From Gemmiger sp. (lineage in GTDB: Bacteria > Verrucomicrobiota > Kiritimatiellia > RFP12 > UBA1067), in contig CAVFWY010000001.1 of the NCBI GenBank assembly GCA_963626175.1, positions 1 to 45,909 of the forward strand: 45,909 nt of DNA, given 5' to 3'. Both the position numbers and the translations under genes were made by a program. Positions 7,482 to 16,938 of the stretch are shown here, piece after piece. The number at the start of each line of letters is the position of its first letter. The first letter of the stretch is position 1. Under the pieces are notes generated by a model, which did not search any database, was not told where the DNA came from, and worked only from the letters and a program-made list of their open reading frames with translations.

Positions 7482-7490
7482 TGGTATAAT
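7482..7490 (+). promoter_or_regulatory. Candidate extended -10 (TGGTATAAT) upstream of metK
   Basis: An AT-rich nonamer in GC-rich DNA. The same nonamer family plus a GCGCC discriminator occurs at other operon starts in this window. It would give a leader of about 65 nt. Confidence 0.35.
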
Positions 7491-7562
7491 ATGCGCCAAT
7501 TCATTTCAGTCTGTGACGGGCGGCGCGGTTGCCGTGCGTGTGACAAACTGAGTCAACAGGGA

Positions 7563-8756
7563 ATGATTATGCAAAATGAACTAAAAAGCCACGTTTTCAC
7601 GTCGGAGTCCGTTTCGGAGGGGCATCCCGACAAGGTGGCGGACCAAATCTCCGACGCAATCCTCGATGCCTGCCTGAAGGCCGACCGAAACGCCCACGTC
7701 GCGTGCGAAACGATGGTCGGACCGGACGTCGTCATCAACATGGGCGAAATCACCTGCCGAAACTTCGGCAAGATTGACCCGCAGGCCATCGCCCGGCGCG
7801 TCATCCGCAAGATCGGCTACGACAGACCCGACGAACACTTCAGCTGGGATACCTTCGAATATACCTCCCACCTGCACGGTCAGTCCCCCGACATCGCACG
7901 GGGCGTGAACCGCCGCACGGCGAAAAAGCAGGGCGCGGGCGACCAGGGCATGATGTTCGGCTACGCGACGAACGAGACTCCCGAATACATGCCCGCCCCG
8001 CTCGTCTACTCCCACAAGATGCTCAAGGCGTTCGCCGACTTGCGCCATTCCGGCGAACTCCCGTGGCTTCGTCCCGACTCGAAGGGCCAGATTTCGGTCA
8101 TCTACGAGAACGGAAAACCCGTGCGGATCGACACGGTCGTCCTCTCCCACCAGACCACCGAAGAGGGCGCGACGAAGGCGAACTACGCGACGCTGGAGAA
8201 AATCGCCCGCGAACATCTCGCGGCAACGGGGCTTCTGACGGAAAAGACGCGCTTCCTCATCAATCCGACGGGCAAGTTCGTCGTGGGCGGGCCCTGCGGC
8301 GATTCGGGCCTCACCGGACGCAAGATCATCGTCGACACCTACGGCGGACTCGCCGCGCACGGCGGCGGTGCGTTCTCCGGCAAGGATCCCTCGAAGGTAG
8401 ACCGTTCCGCCGCCTACTACGCCCGCTACGCGGCGAAGAACATCGTCGCCGCCGGTCTCGCCGACCGCTGCCAGATTCAGGTCGCCTACGCCATCGGCGT
8501 GGATCGTCCCGTCAGTTTCTGCGTGGACACCTTCGGCACGGCGAAGAACGGTGCGACGGACGCGAAACTCGAGAAGATGCTCGCGTCGGAAAAGGTCTTC
8601 GACTTCCGTCCCTACGCGCTCATCGACGACCTCAAGCTTCTCGCCCCGAAGGGCTGGAAATACGAGGACACCGCAACCTACGGTCACTTCGGACGCGCCA
8701 GCTTCCCGTGGGAGAAACTGAACAGGGTCGCGAAACTCAGGCAGTGGTTCAAGTAG
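7563..8756 (+). CDS. metK: S-adenosylmethionine synthetase
   Basis: Canonical FTSESVSEGHPDKVADQISDAILDA, GAGDQGMMFGYA and GGGAFSGKDPSKVDRSAAY motifs. The start is ATG 7563 or 7569. The listed longer ORF (7362) is an upstream extension. Confidence 0.95.
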   Translation: MIMQNELKSHVFTSESVSEGHPDKVADQISDAILDACLKADRNAHVACETMVGPDVVINMGEITCRNFGKIDPQAIARRVIRKIGYDRPDEHFSWDTFEYTSHLHGQSPDIARGVNRRTAKKQGAGDQGMMFGYATNETPEYMPAPLVYSHKMLKAFADLRHSGELPWLRPDSKGQISVIYENGKPVRIDTVVLSHQTTEEGATKANYATLEKIAREHLAATGLLTEKTRFLINPTGKFVVGGPCGDSGLTGRKIIVDTYGGLAAHGGGAFSGKDPSKVDRSAAYYARYAAKNIVAAGLADRCQIQVAYAIGVDRPVSFCVDTFGTAKNGATDAKLEKMLASEKVFDFRPYALIDDLKLLAPKGWKYEDTATYGHFGRASFPWEKLNRVAKLRQWFK

Positions 8757-9805
8757 AGAATCTCTACGTCCACTTTCCCTTCTGCCGCCGGAAGTGCGCG
8801 TATTGTGCGCTGCACTCCCGTGCGGGGAAGTCGCAAGCCGACCGCGACGCCTACGTCGAACGCCTCGCGGCGTTTTGGCGGGCAGGGTGTCCGGGGGCGG
8901 GTGCGGAGGCGAAAAACCTTCGCACCGTCTATTTCGGCGGCGGTTCGCCCGCACTCTGCGACCTCACTCCCCTTTTCGCCGCGCTCGCGCCGTGCCTCGC
9001 GGCGGACTGCGAATTCACCGTCGAACTCCACCCCCTCGACGCAACGCCCGACACGCTCCGCCGACTGAAGGACGGCGGAGTGAACCGCATCTCGATGGGT
9101 GTTCAGTCCCTCGACGACGCCATCCTCGCCCGCATGGGACGGGGCTACACCTTCGCCGAGGCCGAACGCGCCTTCTACCGAGTTCGCGAACACTTCGACA
9201 ACGCGGGCATCGACCTCATCGTCGGCTATCCGGGCGAGGAACGCGCCCTTTCGCCGCGTCACGCGCGGCTCGCAAAGTGGGGGCTCGCCCACTGCTCCGT
9301 CTACTCCCTCATCCTTGAGGAGAACTCGATTCTCGCCCATCAACTGAAACGCGGCAAATCCGCCCCGCCGCCAGACGACGACACGACCCTGAACCGTCTC
9401 GCGGTAATCGCCGCGTTTCTGCGCGACCTTGGGCTTGAACGCTACGAAATCTCGAATTATGCCGCGACAGGAAAGGAATGTCGGCACAACTTCGCCGTCT
9501 GGCGCGGTGAAGACTATCTCGGACTCGGCGAAGGTGCGCACGGGCGCATCGGCCGCCGCCGCACACAGAATCTCGGCACGCCAAGCGCCGCGACCGAGAC
9601 CGTCAGCCCCGATTCCGACATGAAGGAGAGGACGCTCTTCCGCCTGCGCACCTGCGAAGGACTCGACGCCGCCGCGCATCCTGAATGGGTTGGGACGCTT
9701 GACGCCGCCGTCGCCGAAGGGCTTCTCACGCGGAACGGCACGCTTTATCGCCTGACTTCACGCGGCACGGAAGTCTGCGACGCCATCCTCACCGACCTCG
9801 TCTGA
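8744..9805 (+). CDS. hemW: Radical SAM HemW/HemN-like (coproporphyrinogen-III-oxidase family) protein
   Basis: HFPFCRRKCAYCA is a CxxxCxxC cluster. YFGGGSP and NRISMGVQS motifs are present. No in-frame ATG lies near the homologous N-terminus, so GTG 8744 (overlapping the metK end) is proposed. The start is uncertain. Confidence 0.85.
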   Translation: MVQVENLYVHFPFCRRKCAYCALHSRAGKSQADRDAYVERLAAFWRAGCPGAGAEAKNLRTVYFGGGSPALCDLTPLFAALAPCLAADCEFTVELHPLDATPDTLRRLKDGGVNRISMGVQSLDDAILARMGRGYTFAEAERAFYRVREHFDNAGIDLIVGYPGEERALSPRHARLAKWGLAHCSVYSLILEENSILAHQLKRGKSAPPPDDDTTLNRLAVIAAFLRDLGLERYEISNYAATGKECRHNFAVWRGEDYLGLGEGAHGRIGRRRTQNLGTPSAATETVSPDSDMKERTLFRLRTCEGLDAAAHPEWVGTLDAAVAEGLLTRNGTLYRLTSRGTEVCDAILTDLV

Positions 9806-10976
9806 GGGTGACGAACGTCTCGAAGCGAGCCGTGCGCGGGAACATATCCACCCACTTCACCGACTCGACCTCGTAATTCTGCCGCGCAATCACCCGCAAG
9901 TCGCGCATCAGCGTCGCGGGGTCGCAACTCACGTAGAAGATGCGCGGCGCATTCGACTGGGCGAGCCATTCGGGAACGTGCGGCTCAAGTCCGCCACGCG
10001 GCGGATCGACGATGACGGTCGTATCCGCGCCAATGCGAATGCGCCGCAGGTTCCGCCCCACCTGTTCCGCGAAGAATCGCGCCCGCGCACCCTGATTCGC
10101 CGCGTTTTGCCGCGCAAAGTCAATGGCGCGGCGACCGCTCTCGATGCCGGTCAGCCGTTCGGGACGACAGCACAGCCCGAACACGCCCACGCCGCAGTAA
10201 AGGTCGAGAATCGCTTCCGTGGGACGAGACTGAAAGGCTTCGACCACCGCCTTGACGAGCCGTTCGCCCGCCGCCGGGTTCACCTGATAAAAGCCGTCCG
10301 CAGGCACTTCGAATGTCCGCCCGCAGGTCGTTTCCTTCAGCACGACTTCCGCCGGGGCCTTGCCGATCCACCATTTCACGCCCGACTTCGCCGTCCAGCG
10401 AATCGTGACGTCGCCCTTCTCCTCAATCGACTTTCGCACGGCGGGCGCACCCTGCGTCAGCAGCGCCATCACGTTCCGGCGAATCTCGGGCAATTTCGCG
10501 TTGATTTCGGGCGCGGCAAGGGGGTCTTGCGTCACCTCGACGATTTCATGGCTCGGCTCGTTGCGGTAGCCGAGCGCCCACGCGCCGTTCTGCCGCGCAA
10601 AATGATAGACGACCTTGTTGCGGTAGTTCGAGCAGTTCGCCGCGTCCGTCAGGTTCACGGGAGCGGGCGCGGCAATTCGCGCCCGCCCGAAAAAGTCCTT
10701 CAGCTGCTCCTCCTTCGTGCGCATTTCCGCCGCATAATTCAGCGCGGCATACGCCATGCCCGGCACGACCGAACCCGTCGGTGCAATGCGGTCAGCACTC
10801 GGCTCGACGACTTCGACGAGACGTGCGCGGACGAAACTCTTCCGTTCTTCAACGATCTCGGCACGGACGCTCTCCCCGGCAAACGCACCGGGGACGAACA
10901 CGACGCGTCCATCGCCGAGACGGCCGAGACCGTCCCCGCCATAGACCGTCTTCGCAATGTGGACGGTCGAGACCAT
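9789..10976 (-). CDS. RNA (uracil-5-)-methyltransferase, TrmA/RlmD (RumA) family with N-terminal TRAM-like domain
   Basis: FYQVNP, LDLYCGVGVFG, VDPPRGG and YVSCDPATLMRDL motifs. The 3' end overlaps the hemW 3' end by 17 nt (convergent genes). Confidence 0.85.
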   Translation of the reverse strand: MVSTVHIAKTVYGGDGLGRLGDGRVVFVPGAFAGESVRAEIVEERKSFVRARLVEVVEPSADRIAPTGSVVPGMAYAALNYAAEMRTKEEQLKDFFGRARIAAPAPVNLTDAANCSNYRNKVVYHFARQNGAWALGYRNEPSHEIVEVTQDPLAAPEINAKLPEIRRNVMALLTQGAPAVRKSIEEKGDVTIRWTAKSGVKWWIGKAPAEVVLKETTCGRTFEVPADGFYQVNPAAGERLVKAVVEAFQSRPTEAILDLYCGVGVFGLCCRPERLTGIESGRRAIDFARQNAANQGARARFFAEQVGRNLRRIRIGADTTVIVDPPRGGLEPHVPEWLAQSNAPRIFYVSCDPATLMRDLRVIARQNYEVESVKWVDMFPRTARFETFVTLRRGR

Positions 10977-10979
10977 CGA

Positions 10980-11297
10980 TTACGCCCAGAGCCGTTCGAG
11001 CGCGTAGTAGGCCCGCGCCTCGGGAGAGAACACGTGCACCACGACGTCGATGTAATCGACGACAATCCACCCGCTTTCCGGGTCGCCCGACGTCCGGTAA
11101 CTCGCAATCTTCTCGCTCTTCATCGCCGCCTGCGATTCGGCAACCAACGCCTTCAGATGAGGCGCAGCCGCGCCCGTCGCCACAACGATGAAGTCGGTGA
11201 ACGAGGATTTCCCCCGCACGTCGTAGACCTTCACGTCCAATGCCTTGCGTTCCTCGAGTGCTTTCGCAATCGCCTTCGCCTGTTCTTCTGCTGTCAT
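10980..11297 (-). CDS. rsfS: Ribosome silencing factor
   Basis: DFIVVATG...HLKAL...WIVVDYIDVVVHVF...Y.LERLW pattern. The start is placed at MTAEEQ (ATG 11297) because TGGTATAAT abuts the upstream ATGs. Confidence 0.85.
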   Translation of the reverse strand: MTAEEQAKAIAKALEERKALDVKVYDVRGKSSFTDFIVVATGAAAPHLKALVAESQAAMKSEKIASYRTSGDPESGWIVVDYIDVVVHVFSPEARAYYALERLWA

Positions 11298-11303
11298 GCC
11301 CAT

Positions 11304-11312
11304 ATTATACCA
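11304..11312 (-). promoter_or_regulatory. Candidate extended -10 (TGGTATAAT), 6 nt upstream of the rsfS ATG (leaderless configuration)
   Basis: The reverse complement reads tttTGGTATAATatgggcATGACAGCA. Confidence 0.45.
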
Positions 11313-11359
11313 AAAAGTGCCCGCCATCGCCCAAGGGACACCATAAGGAAATCCCATCG

Positions 11360-11557
11360 TGGTCTAAAAAGATTTTGATACTGGTCTAAAATAAATCCGA
11401 TGCTGGTCTAAAAAGATTTTGATGCTGGTCTAAAATAAATCTGATACTGGTCTAAAAAGATTTTGATGCTGGTCTAGAATAAATCTGATGGTGGTCTAAA
11501 ATGATTAAGCCCGTAGTCTAAAAAGAATTCGTCCGTGGTCTTGCATCCGTTTCATCG
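11360..11557 (+). repeat. Tandem array A: nine exact-phase 22-bp units with a TGGTCT core, AT-rich
   Basis: Units start at 11360, 11382, 11404, 11426, 11448, 11470, 11492, 11514 and 11536. Two alternating subtypes: TGGTCTAAAAAGATTTTGATRC and TGGTCTAAAATAAATCYGATRC. The last three units are degenerate. The outer flank is cccatcg (11353-11359). Confidence 0.92.
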
Positions 11558-11649
11558 TGTCGGATGTCATTGGAATGCGATGCAATGTGGCGGTCTTTCT
11601 GACAAAATCCGTGAAATCCGTGGTGATAACAAATCGACTCTCTTTAGGC

Positions 11650-13515
11650 TTACTTGTCCATCAAGTCCTCGCGCTGCCAGACGCGGAACCAGTCGATGGC
11701 GAACTCGTCGGGGAGTTCATCGTCCTCCAGCGGTTCGTTCGCCCAGCCGCCCGAAACCATATAGAAGAAGATGTGCGCGGACACGTTCGCGACGCGCTCC
11801 GACTCCCAGCGAGCGACCTCCACGCCGTTGCCATAGACGGCGAACAGCCCCGGAAGCCAGAGCATGCCGACGGTGATGAAGCCGTCCTTGTCCGCCGGGA
11901 CGTAGATGCCGCTCGTGCCGAGGGCGCGGTGGTTCTTGCCGTAGCCGTCCCAGTGACAGGCGACGTTGAAGCGGTAGGGACCCCACGCGGTGAGATGCTC
12001 CATGATGTCGAACTCCATGCCGCCCTTCTCCGTCATCGTACGCATCCAGCGTTCCTTGCCGCCCGCGTCACCCCGGTCGGGCATCGTCCAGAACGCCGGC
12101 CACAGACCGGGCTTCGTCGGCAGTTTCATCCGTGCCTCGAAGTAGCCGTAGCGCTGCGTCCATTTGCCGTAGGAGTCGAGAATGCCGCAGGCGTAGTCCG
12201 TCTCCTTCCGCTTGGGGTCGTCGTTCTCGTGACCGCGCTTGCGCTCGTATTTCAGCACGGCACAGCCGTCGCGGAAGACGATGTTCTCGCGTGAAAAGTG
12301 CGTGCGGTTGTCCCAGTAGTTCGAGCTGTAGGGACTCCACACCTTCTCGTTCAGCGTCCCGTCGTTGAACTCCTCGGCGAGCGTCTGCACCCACTTGCCG
12401 GACACGGGCGGCTTTCTGCCCACCCATTTCGGCGGCTTCGCGACGATCTTCTCGGCCTTCAGCGAGACAATCTCGAACGCTGCGCCCGGTTCGACGGACG
12501 AGAAGGCGACGCCCTTCGTGCGGTGGCTCTCGAACGCCGTGCCGCCCGTCCCCTTCACGCCCTTCTCATCGCCCTTCGCGACCCACGGTTCCGCCGCGAG
12601 GAACGGGACTTCAATCGTCGCCGTCTTGCCGCGCTTGACTGCGACGGACGAGCGCGTCTCGACCGCGCCGCCGTTGCCGACGACCTTCACGACCGGATGG
12701 AAATCGACCTTGCCCGTGTTGCGCACCGTCGCCACGACCTTCAGCCACTGCCCGAGATTCCAGAACCCCCGCGCCGGTTTCACGCGAAGCGCCGCGCCCG
12801 GCTTCGCCCCGAGATCGACCGCGAGCGCACCCGCCGCGTCGAACGTGCCCGCCGCCCCCGCGTGTGCCGCGAGGTTCGCGGCGTTCCCGCCTTTCATCGG
12901 CACGAGAACGCCGTCCTTCGGCACGACCACCGCGTGGTCGGGGTTCGTGGCGGGCTTCTCGCCCGCGACACCCGTCGCGATGACGTCGCCAATCTGGAGT
13001 TCCCTCACCTCCGCGCTCTTCCCGCTGAGGAAGACCTTGATGGCGGAAACTTTCGTCGGGTCGAGCTTGTAGCCCTTCTTGAATCCGTACTGGTAGCCGA
13101 AGATCACCTTCACGACCTTTGACTCGCCGGGCTTGAGGTATGCCCCCTCGGTATTCCACGGGGAGAAGCGCCAGTCGCCGGGATTATCCACGCGCACGGA
13201 GACGCTGACGGCCTTCGCGCTCACATTCTTGATCGGCACTTCCACGCGCCCCCACGGCGAGAGATCCCACGGCGTCTCGGGACGCAGCGTGAAACTCGGC
13301 CACTGCGCATCGGGGTTCGCGAACCGCGCCCGCATCGCCGCGCCGTCGCGCTCGACCGACACGCCCCCATCGCACGCGACAGTCCCCCCGAACGGTTGGG
13401 AGGCCGTCCAGATGAACTTCGGTGCAATCGCCGCGCCACCCTCGGCACGGACGAAAAGCCCCCATGTCGCCGCGCAAAACGCCAGCGCAATCCTTACAAA
13501 ATTAGTATGTTTCAT
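11650..13515 (-). CDS. Secreted GH16-family glycoside hydrolase (beta-glucanase/laminarinase-like) with a long N-terminal beta-rich region
   Basis: Signal-peptide-like N-terminus. The C-terminal domain has GLWPAFW and the GH16 ExDxxE motif (GMEFDIME). AAGGAAG lies 8 nt before ATG 13515. Confidence 0.85.
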   Translation of the reverse strand: MKHTNFVRIALAFCAATWGLFVRAEGGAAIAPKFIWTASQPFGGTVACDGGVSVERDGAAMRARFANPDAQWPSFTLRPETPWDLSPWGRVEVPIKNVSAKAVSVSVRVDNPGDWRFSPWNTEGAYLKPGESKVVKVIFGYQYGFKKGYKLDPTKVSAIKVFLSGKSAEVRELQIGDVIATGVAGEKPATNPDHAVVVPKDGVLVPMKGGNAANLAAHAGAAGTFDAAGALAVDLGAKPGAALRVKPARGFWNLGQWLKVVATVRNTGKVDFHPVVKVVGNGGAVETRSSVAVKRGKTATIEVPFLAAEPWVAKGDEKGVKGTGGTAFESHRTKGVAFSSVEPGAAFEIVSLKAEKIVAKPPKWVGRKPPVSGKWVQTLAEEFNDGTLNEKVWSPYSSNYWDNRTHFSRENIVFRDGCAVLKYERKRGHENDDPKRKETDYACGILDSYGKWTQRYGYFEARMKLPTKPGLWPAFWTMPDRGDAGGKERWMRTMTEKGGMEFDIMEHLTAWGPYRFNVACHWDGYGKNHRALGTSGIYVPADKDGFITVGMLWLPGLFAVYGNGVEVARWESERVANVSAHIFFYMVSGGWANEPLEDDELPDEFAIDWFRVWQREDLMDK

Positions 13516-13548
13516 GTTTCTCACTTCCTTTGGTTTTTTAACGGTTTG

Positions 13549-14541
13549 TCAGAAATAGACGGCGCGGGACATCTCGGGACGGAGTTCGACGCGGTCGCCG
13601 TGCCGAAACGCGGCGAAACCGGGAACGCGCACAATGGCAGGGAAGGCGGACGGCGCAACCAGCACATGGACGAGCGTCTCCGAACCGAGCGGCTCGACGA
13701 AGTCCACGCTTCCGCCAAGCGCGGCGGATTCCCCTTCTCCGAGCTTGCTCAACGCCAGGTGTTCGGGACGAAGCCCGACCGTCCGCACCGCGTCCAGCGT
13801 CCCCGGCGGAAAGAGGTTCATGGGCGGTGTGCCGATGAACCCCGCGACGAACGCATTCGCGGGGCGTTCATAGACTTCGAGCGGCGGCGCGACCTGCTGG
13901 ATGCACCCGCGGTTCATCACGACAATCCGCTCGCCCATCGTCATTGCCTCGGTCTGGTCGTGCGTGACGTAAATCATCGTCGCCCCCAGCCGCTGGTGAA
14001 GACGAATGATTTCCGCCCGCATTTCGACGCGCATCTTCGCGTCGAGATTGGAAAGCGGCTCGTCGAAAAGAAAGACGGCGGGCTCGCGCACGATGGCACG
14101 GCCGAGGGCGACGCGCTGGCGCTGTCCGCCCGAAAGAGCCTTCGGCAGCCGCTTCAGGTAGTCCGTCAGCCCCAGCGTCTCCGCGACGGACGACACCCGG
14201 CGCTCGATTTCCGCCTTCGGAATCTTTCGCAACTTGAGCGCGAAGGAAAGGTTCTCCCGCACCGTCATATGCGGATAAAGCGCGTAATTCTGGAAGACCA
14301 TCGCAATGTCACGGTCTTTCGGCGGCAGGTTCGTGACGTCCTTCCCGCCGATGCGGATGCTCCCGGAAGTCGGCAATTCCAGTCCGGCGACCATGCGAAG
14401 CGTGGTTGACTTGCCGCACCCCGACGGCCCGACGAGCACGAGAAACTCGCCGTCGCGCACGTCAAGCGTGAAGTCGGCGACGGCGGGCGCATCGCCGCGT
14501 GAATAAACCTTTCCGACGCACTCGAAACTGACCTCAGCCAT
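13549..14541 (-). CDS. ABC transporter ATP-binding protein, carbohydrate (MalK/UgpC/MsmX) type
   Basis: Walker [10 protein letters not shown], signature [14 protein letters not shown], Walker [12 protein letters not shown], and a C-terminal regulatory domain. The start at MAEVSF (14541) overlaps the upstream gene stop by 8 nt. Confidence 0.9.
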   Translation of the reverse strand: MAEVSFECVGKVYSRGDAPAVADFTLDVRDGEFLVLVGPSGCGKSTTLRMVAGLELPTSGSIRIGGKDVTNLPPKDRDIAMVFQNYALYPHMTVRENLSFALKLRKIPKAEIERRVSSVAETLGLTDYLKRLPKALSGGQRQRVALGRAIVREPAVFLFDEPLSNLDAKMRVEMRAEIIRLHQRLGATMIYVTHDQTEAMTMGERIVVMNRGCIQQVAPPLEVYERPANAFVAGFIGTPPMNLFPPGTLDAVRTVGLRPEHLALSKLGEGESAALGGSVDFVEPLGSETLVHVLVAPSAFPAIVRVPGFAAFRHGDRVELRPEMSRAVYF

Positions 14542-15268
14542 TCGTCCCGTCCCCGTGAGTCCTGTCGTAGATCGTCTTCGCCTGTCGGACAATCTGAAGG
14601 AGAAACGTCTGATCGCCGCGCTGCTTGGCGTGGCGCAAGCCCTGAATCGCCCAGTAGACCGCCGAAAACTGCGGATCGCCGCGGTCGGTCATGCCGAGGC
14701 GGCGGGTGACTTCATCCATTTCTTCGGGCTTCATCCCGAGTTCGTGCCACGCGCCGCGCTTCTCCACGTCGGCGACAGTCTCGCGCCACTTGCGCCGATA
14801 GGTCGGCGCGGCGGAATCGAGGTCCGCGCCGATCTTCAACTCGAACATCCACGCGATTTCGCGGTGAAGTTCGACGGATTCGGGATTGTAGCGAAGCCCC
14901 TGATCGCGCAACAGCCGCAGCGCGGCGGAAACCCACCGCCAGCGATCCTCGTCCGTCGCCATCATCACGGAGACGTTGTAGGCGAGATTCCACGCGGCAT
15001 AACTCCACACTTCGGGGACGTGCGGCTCGGCGAGCGTGAGCGTATGGGCGAGTTGGGCGAGCTCAACGTAGCGCCCCTCCTCCTGAAGGCGGTCGGCGCG
15101 AAACCACGTCACTTCCGCCGCGATGGAACGAAGCCCGCCAAGCGCGGCGAAGGCGCTTTCCGCCATCGCCGGAACCTTGACGGGCCGCTTGCGGTGAAGC
15201 CCGATTTGCGCACACGCGGCAACCGCCATCAGAAGGACGACGCCGATGCCGAACAGGATGCGCTTCAC
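14534..15268 (-). CDS. Membrane-anchored or secreted helical hypothetical protein
   Basis: N-terminal hydrophobic segment [17 protein letters not shown]. Helical, Trp/Arg-rich body. Overlaps the ABC ATPase start. No domain recognised. Confidence 0.7.
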   Translation of the reverse strand: MKRILFGIGVVLLMAVAACAQIGLHRKRPVKVPAMAESAFAALGGLRSIAAEVTWFRADRLQEEGRYVELAQLAHTLTLAEPHVPEVWSYAAWNLAYNVSVMMATDEDRWRWVSAALRLLRDQGLRYNPESVELHREIAWMFELKIGADLDSAAPTYRRKWRETVADVEKRGAWHELGMKPEEMDEVTRRLGMTDRGDPQFSAVYWAIQGLRHAKQRGDQTFLLQIVRQAKTIYDRTHGDGTNG

Positions 15269-15293
15269 GGGACTTCTCCGTCTGACGGGCGCC

Positions 15294-16922
15294 TCAGCGT
15301 CCGACCGCCTTGCGGTAGCGGGCGATCAGCGCGTTCGTCGAGGCGTCGTGCCTGCCGCTCGCCTGCGGAGCGGTGAGGTCGGCGAGCACGCCCTTGGCGA
15401 GAACCTTGCCGAGCTGAACGCCCCACTGATCGAAGCTGAACACGTTCAGGATCACGCCCTGCGTGAAGACCTTGTGCTCGTAGAGCGCGACGAGCGCACC
15501 GAGCGTCTCGGGCGTAAGTTCGTCACAGAGAAGCGTGTTCGTCGGCTTGTTGCCCTCGAACGTCTTGAACGGCACGAGGTTCTCCGGCACGCCCTCCTTG
15601 CGGCAGTCATCCGCCGACTTGCCGAACGCGAGCGCCTCGGTCTGGGCGAAGAGGTTCGCCATCAGCTTGTCGTGCAGGTCGCCAATCGGGTTGTGCGTCT
15701 TGCAGCAGCCGATGAAGTCGCACGGGATGAGGTGCGTGCCCTGGTGGATGAGCTGGTAGAAGCTGTGCTGGCCGTTCGTGCCGGGCTCGCCCCACTCGAT
15801 CGGACCCGTCACGTGCTCGACGGGCTTGCCTTCCTTGTCCACGCACTTGCCGTTCGACTCCATGTCCATCTGCTGCAGATAGGCCGGGAAGCGCGAGAGA
15901 TACTGGTCGTAGGGAAGGACGCAATAGCTTTCCGCGCCGTAGCCATTCGAGTAGAGGATGCCGAGCAGGGCGAGGATAACGGGCATGTTCCTGTCGAGTT
16001 TCGCCGTGCGGAAGTGGCGATCCATCTTGTAGTAGCCCTTCAGGAGTTTCGCGAAGTTCCGACGACCGATCGAAATCATCAGCGAAAGGCCGATGGCGGA
16101 CGGCAGCGAGTAGCGGCCGCCGACCCAGTCCCAGAAGCCGAACATGTTCTTCACGTCGATGCCGAACGCGGCGACTTCCTTCTCCGCCGTCGAGACGGCG
16201 ACGAAATGCTTGGCGACCGCCGCCTCGGAGCCGAGTTCCTTCACGAGCCACTCACGCGCCGCCGTCGCGTTGGACATCGTCTCCTGCGTCGTGAAGGTCT
16301 TCGACGCGATGATGAAGAGCGTTTCCGCCGCACGGACGCTGCGGAGCGTCTCGGCGAGATGGGTCGAATCGACGTTCGACACGAAGAAGCACTTGATCGT
16401 GCGCTTCGAGTAGGGCGTGAGCGCGATGTTAGCCATCACGGGACCGAGGTCGCTGCCGCCGATGCCGATGTTCACGACATACTTGATGCGCTTGCCGGTA
16501 TAGCCCTTCCAGTCGCCCTTGCGCACCGCGTCGGAGAATTCGCCCATCCGGTTCAGCACGGCGCGAACCTCGGGCATCACGTCCTTCCCGTCCACGAAAA
16601 CCTGCGCGTTCGGGTCGCAATTGCGGAGCGCGGTGTGCAGAACGGCGCGGTTTTCCGTGACGTTGATCTTCTCGCCCGTGAACATCCGCTCGATTTCAGC
16701 CTTGAGGTTCGAGGCTTCCGCGAGCTTGACGAGCGCCTTCATCGCCGCCTTGTCCACGCGGTTCTTCGAGTAGTCGAGATACCACCCCGCCGCCTCGACG
16801 GAGAAGGTTTCCGCCCGCTTGGGATCTTCCGCGAAAAGTTCCTTGATCGTCTTCTTGCTCGACGCGACCATCGCATCGTCAAGATTCGCCCACTTGTCGT
16901 TATTCATTTCTGCATCTTTCAT
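15294..16922 (-). CDS. pgi: Glucose-6-phosphate isomerase
   Basis: Typical PGI blocks: [42 protein letters not shown]. 542 aa from MKDAEMNND. The listed 750-aa ORF is an upstream extension running through the neighbouring gene. Confidence 0.93.
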   Translation of the reverse strand: MKDAEMNNDKWANLDDAMVASSKKTIKELFAEDPKRAETFSVEAAGWYLDYSKNRVDKAAMKALVKLAEASNLKAEIERMFTGEKINVTENRAVLHTALRNCDPNAQVFVDGKDVMPEVRAVLNRMGEFSDAVRKGDWKGYTGKRIKYVVNIGIGGSDLGPVMANIALTPYSKRTIKCFFVSNVDSTHLAETLRSVRAAETLFIIASKTFTTQETMSNATAAREWLVKELGSEAAVAKHFVAVSTAEKEVAAFGIDVKNMFGFWDWVGGRYSLPSAIGLSLMISIGRRNFAKLLKGYYKMDRHFRTAKLDRNMPVILALLGILYSNGYGAESYCVLPYDQYLSRFPAYLQQMDMESNGKCVDKEGKPVEHVTGPIEWGEPGTNGQHSFYQLIHQGTHLIPCDFIGCCKTHNPIGDLHDKLMANLFAQTEALAFGKSADDCRKEGVPENLVPFKTFEGNKPTNTLLCDELTPETLGALVALYEHKVFTQGVILNVFSFDQWGVQLGKVLAKGVLADLTAPQASGRHDASTNALIARYRKAVGR

Positions 16923-16929
16923 ATCAAAT

Positions 16930-16938
16930 ATTATATCA
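16930..16938 (-). promoter_or_regulatory. Candidate extended -10 (TGATATAAT), 7 nt upstream of the pgi ATG (leaderless configuration)
   Basis: The reverse complement reads ggaTATGATATAATatttgatATGAAAGATG. The TAA stop of the upstream aminopeptidase (16931-16933) lies inside the hexamer. Confidence 0.5.

Noticed and set aside
7208-7489. 93-aa ORF in the gap between the island and metK
   Set aside because: It has no SD, an odd composition and no motifs, and it overlaps the candidate metK promoter. It is probably noncoding boundary sequence.
7491-7562. The metK leader considered as a SAM riboswitch
   Set aside because: Only short, weak pairings are visible (TCAGT/ACTGA enclosing ACGG/CCGT). 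I cannot match the conserved cores of the SAM-I, SAM-II, SAM-V or SAM/SAH classes by eye. A covariance-model scan (Rfam SAM families) would decide. Not claimed.
11360-11557. The 22-bp repeat arrays (also 27838-28035) considered as CRISPR arrays
   Set aside because: The units are directly abutting with no unique spacers. They are AT-rich and alternate between two subtypes. No cas genes are in the window. They are tandem repeats, not CRISPR.
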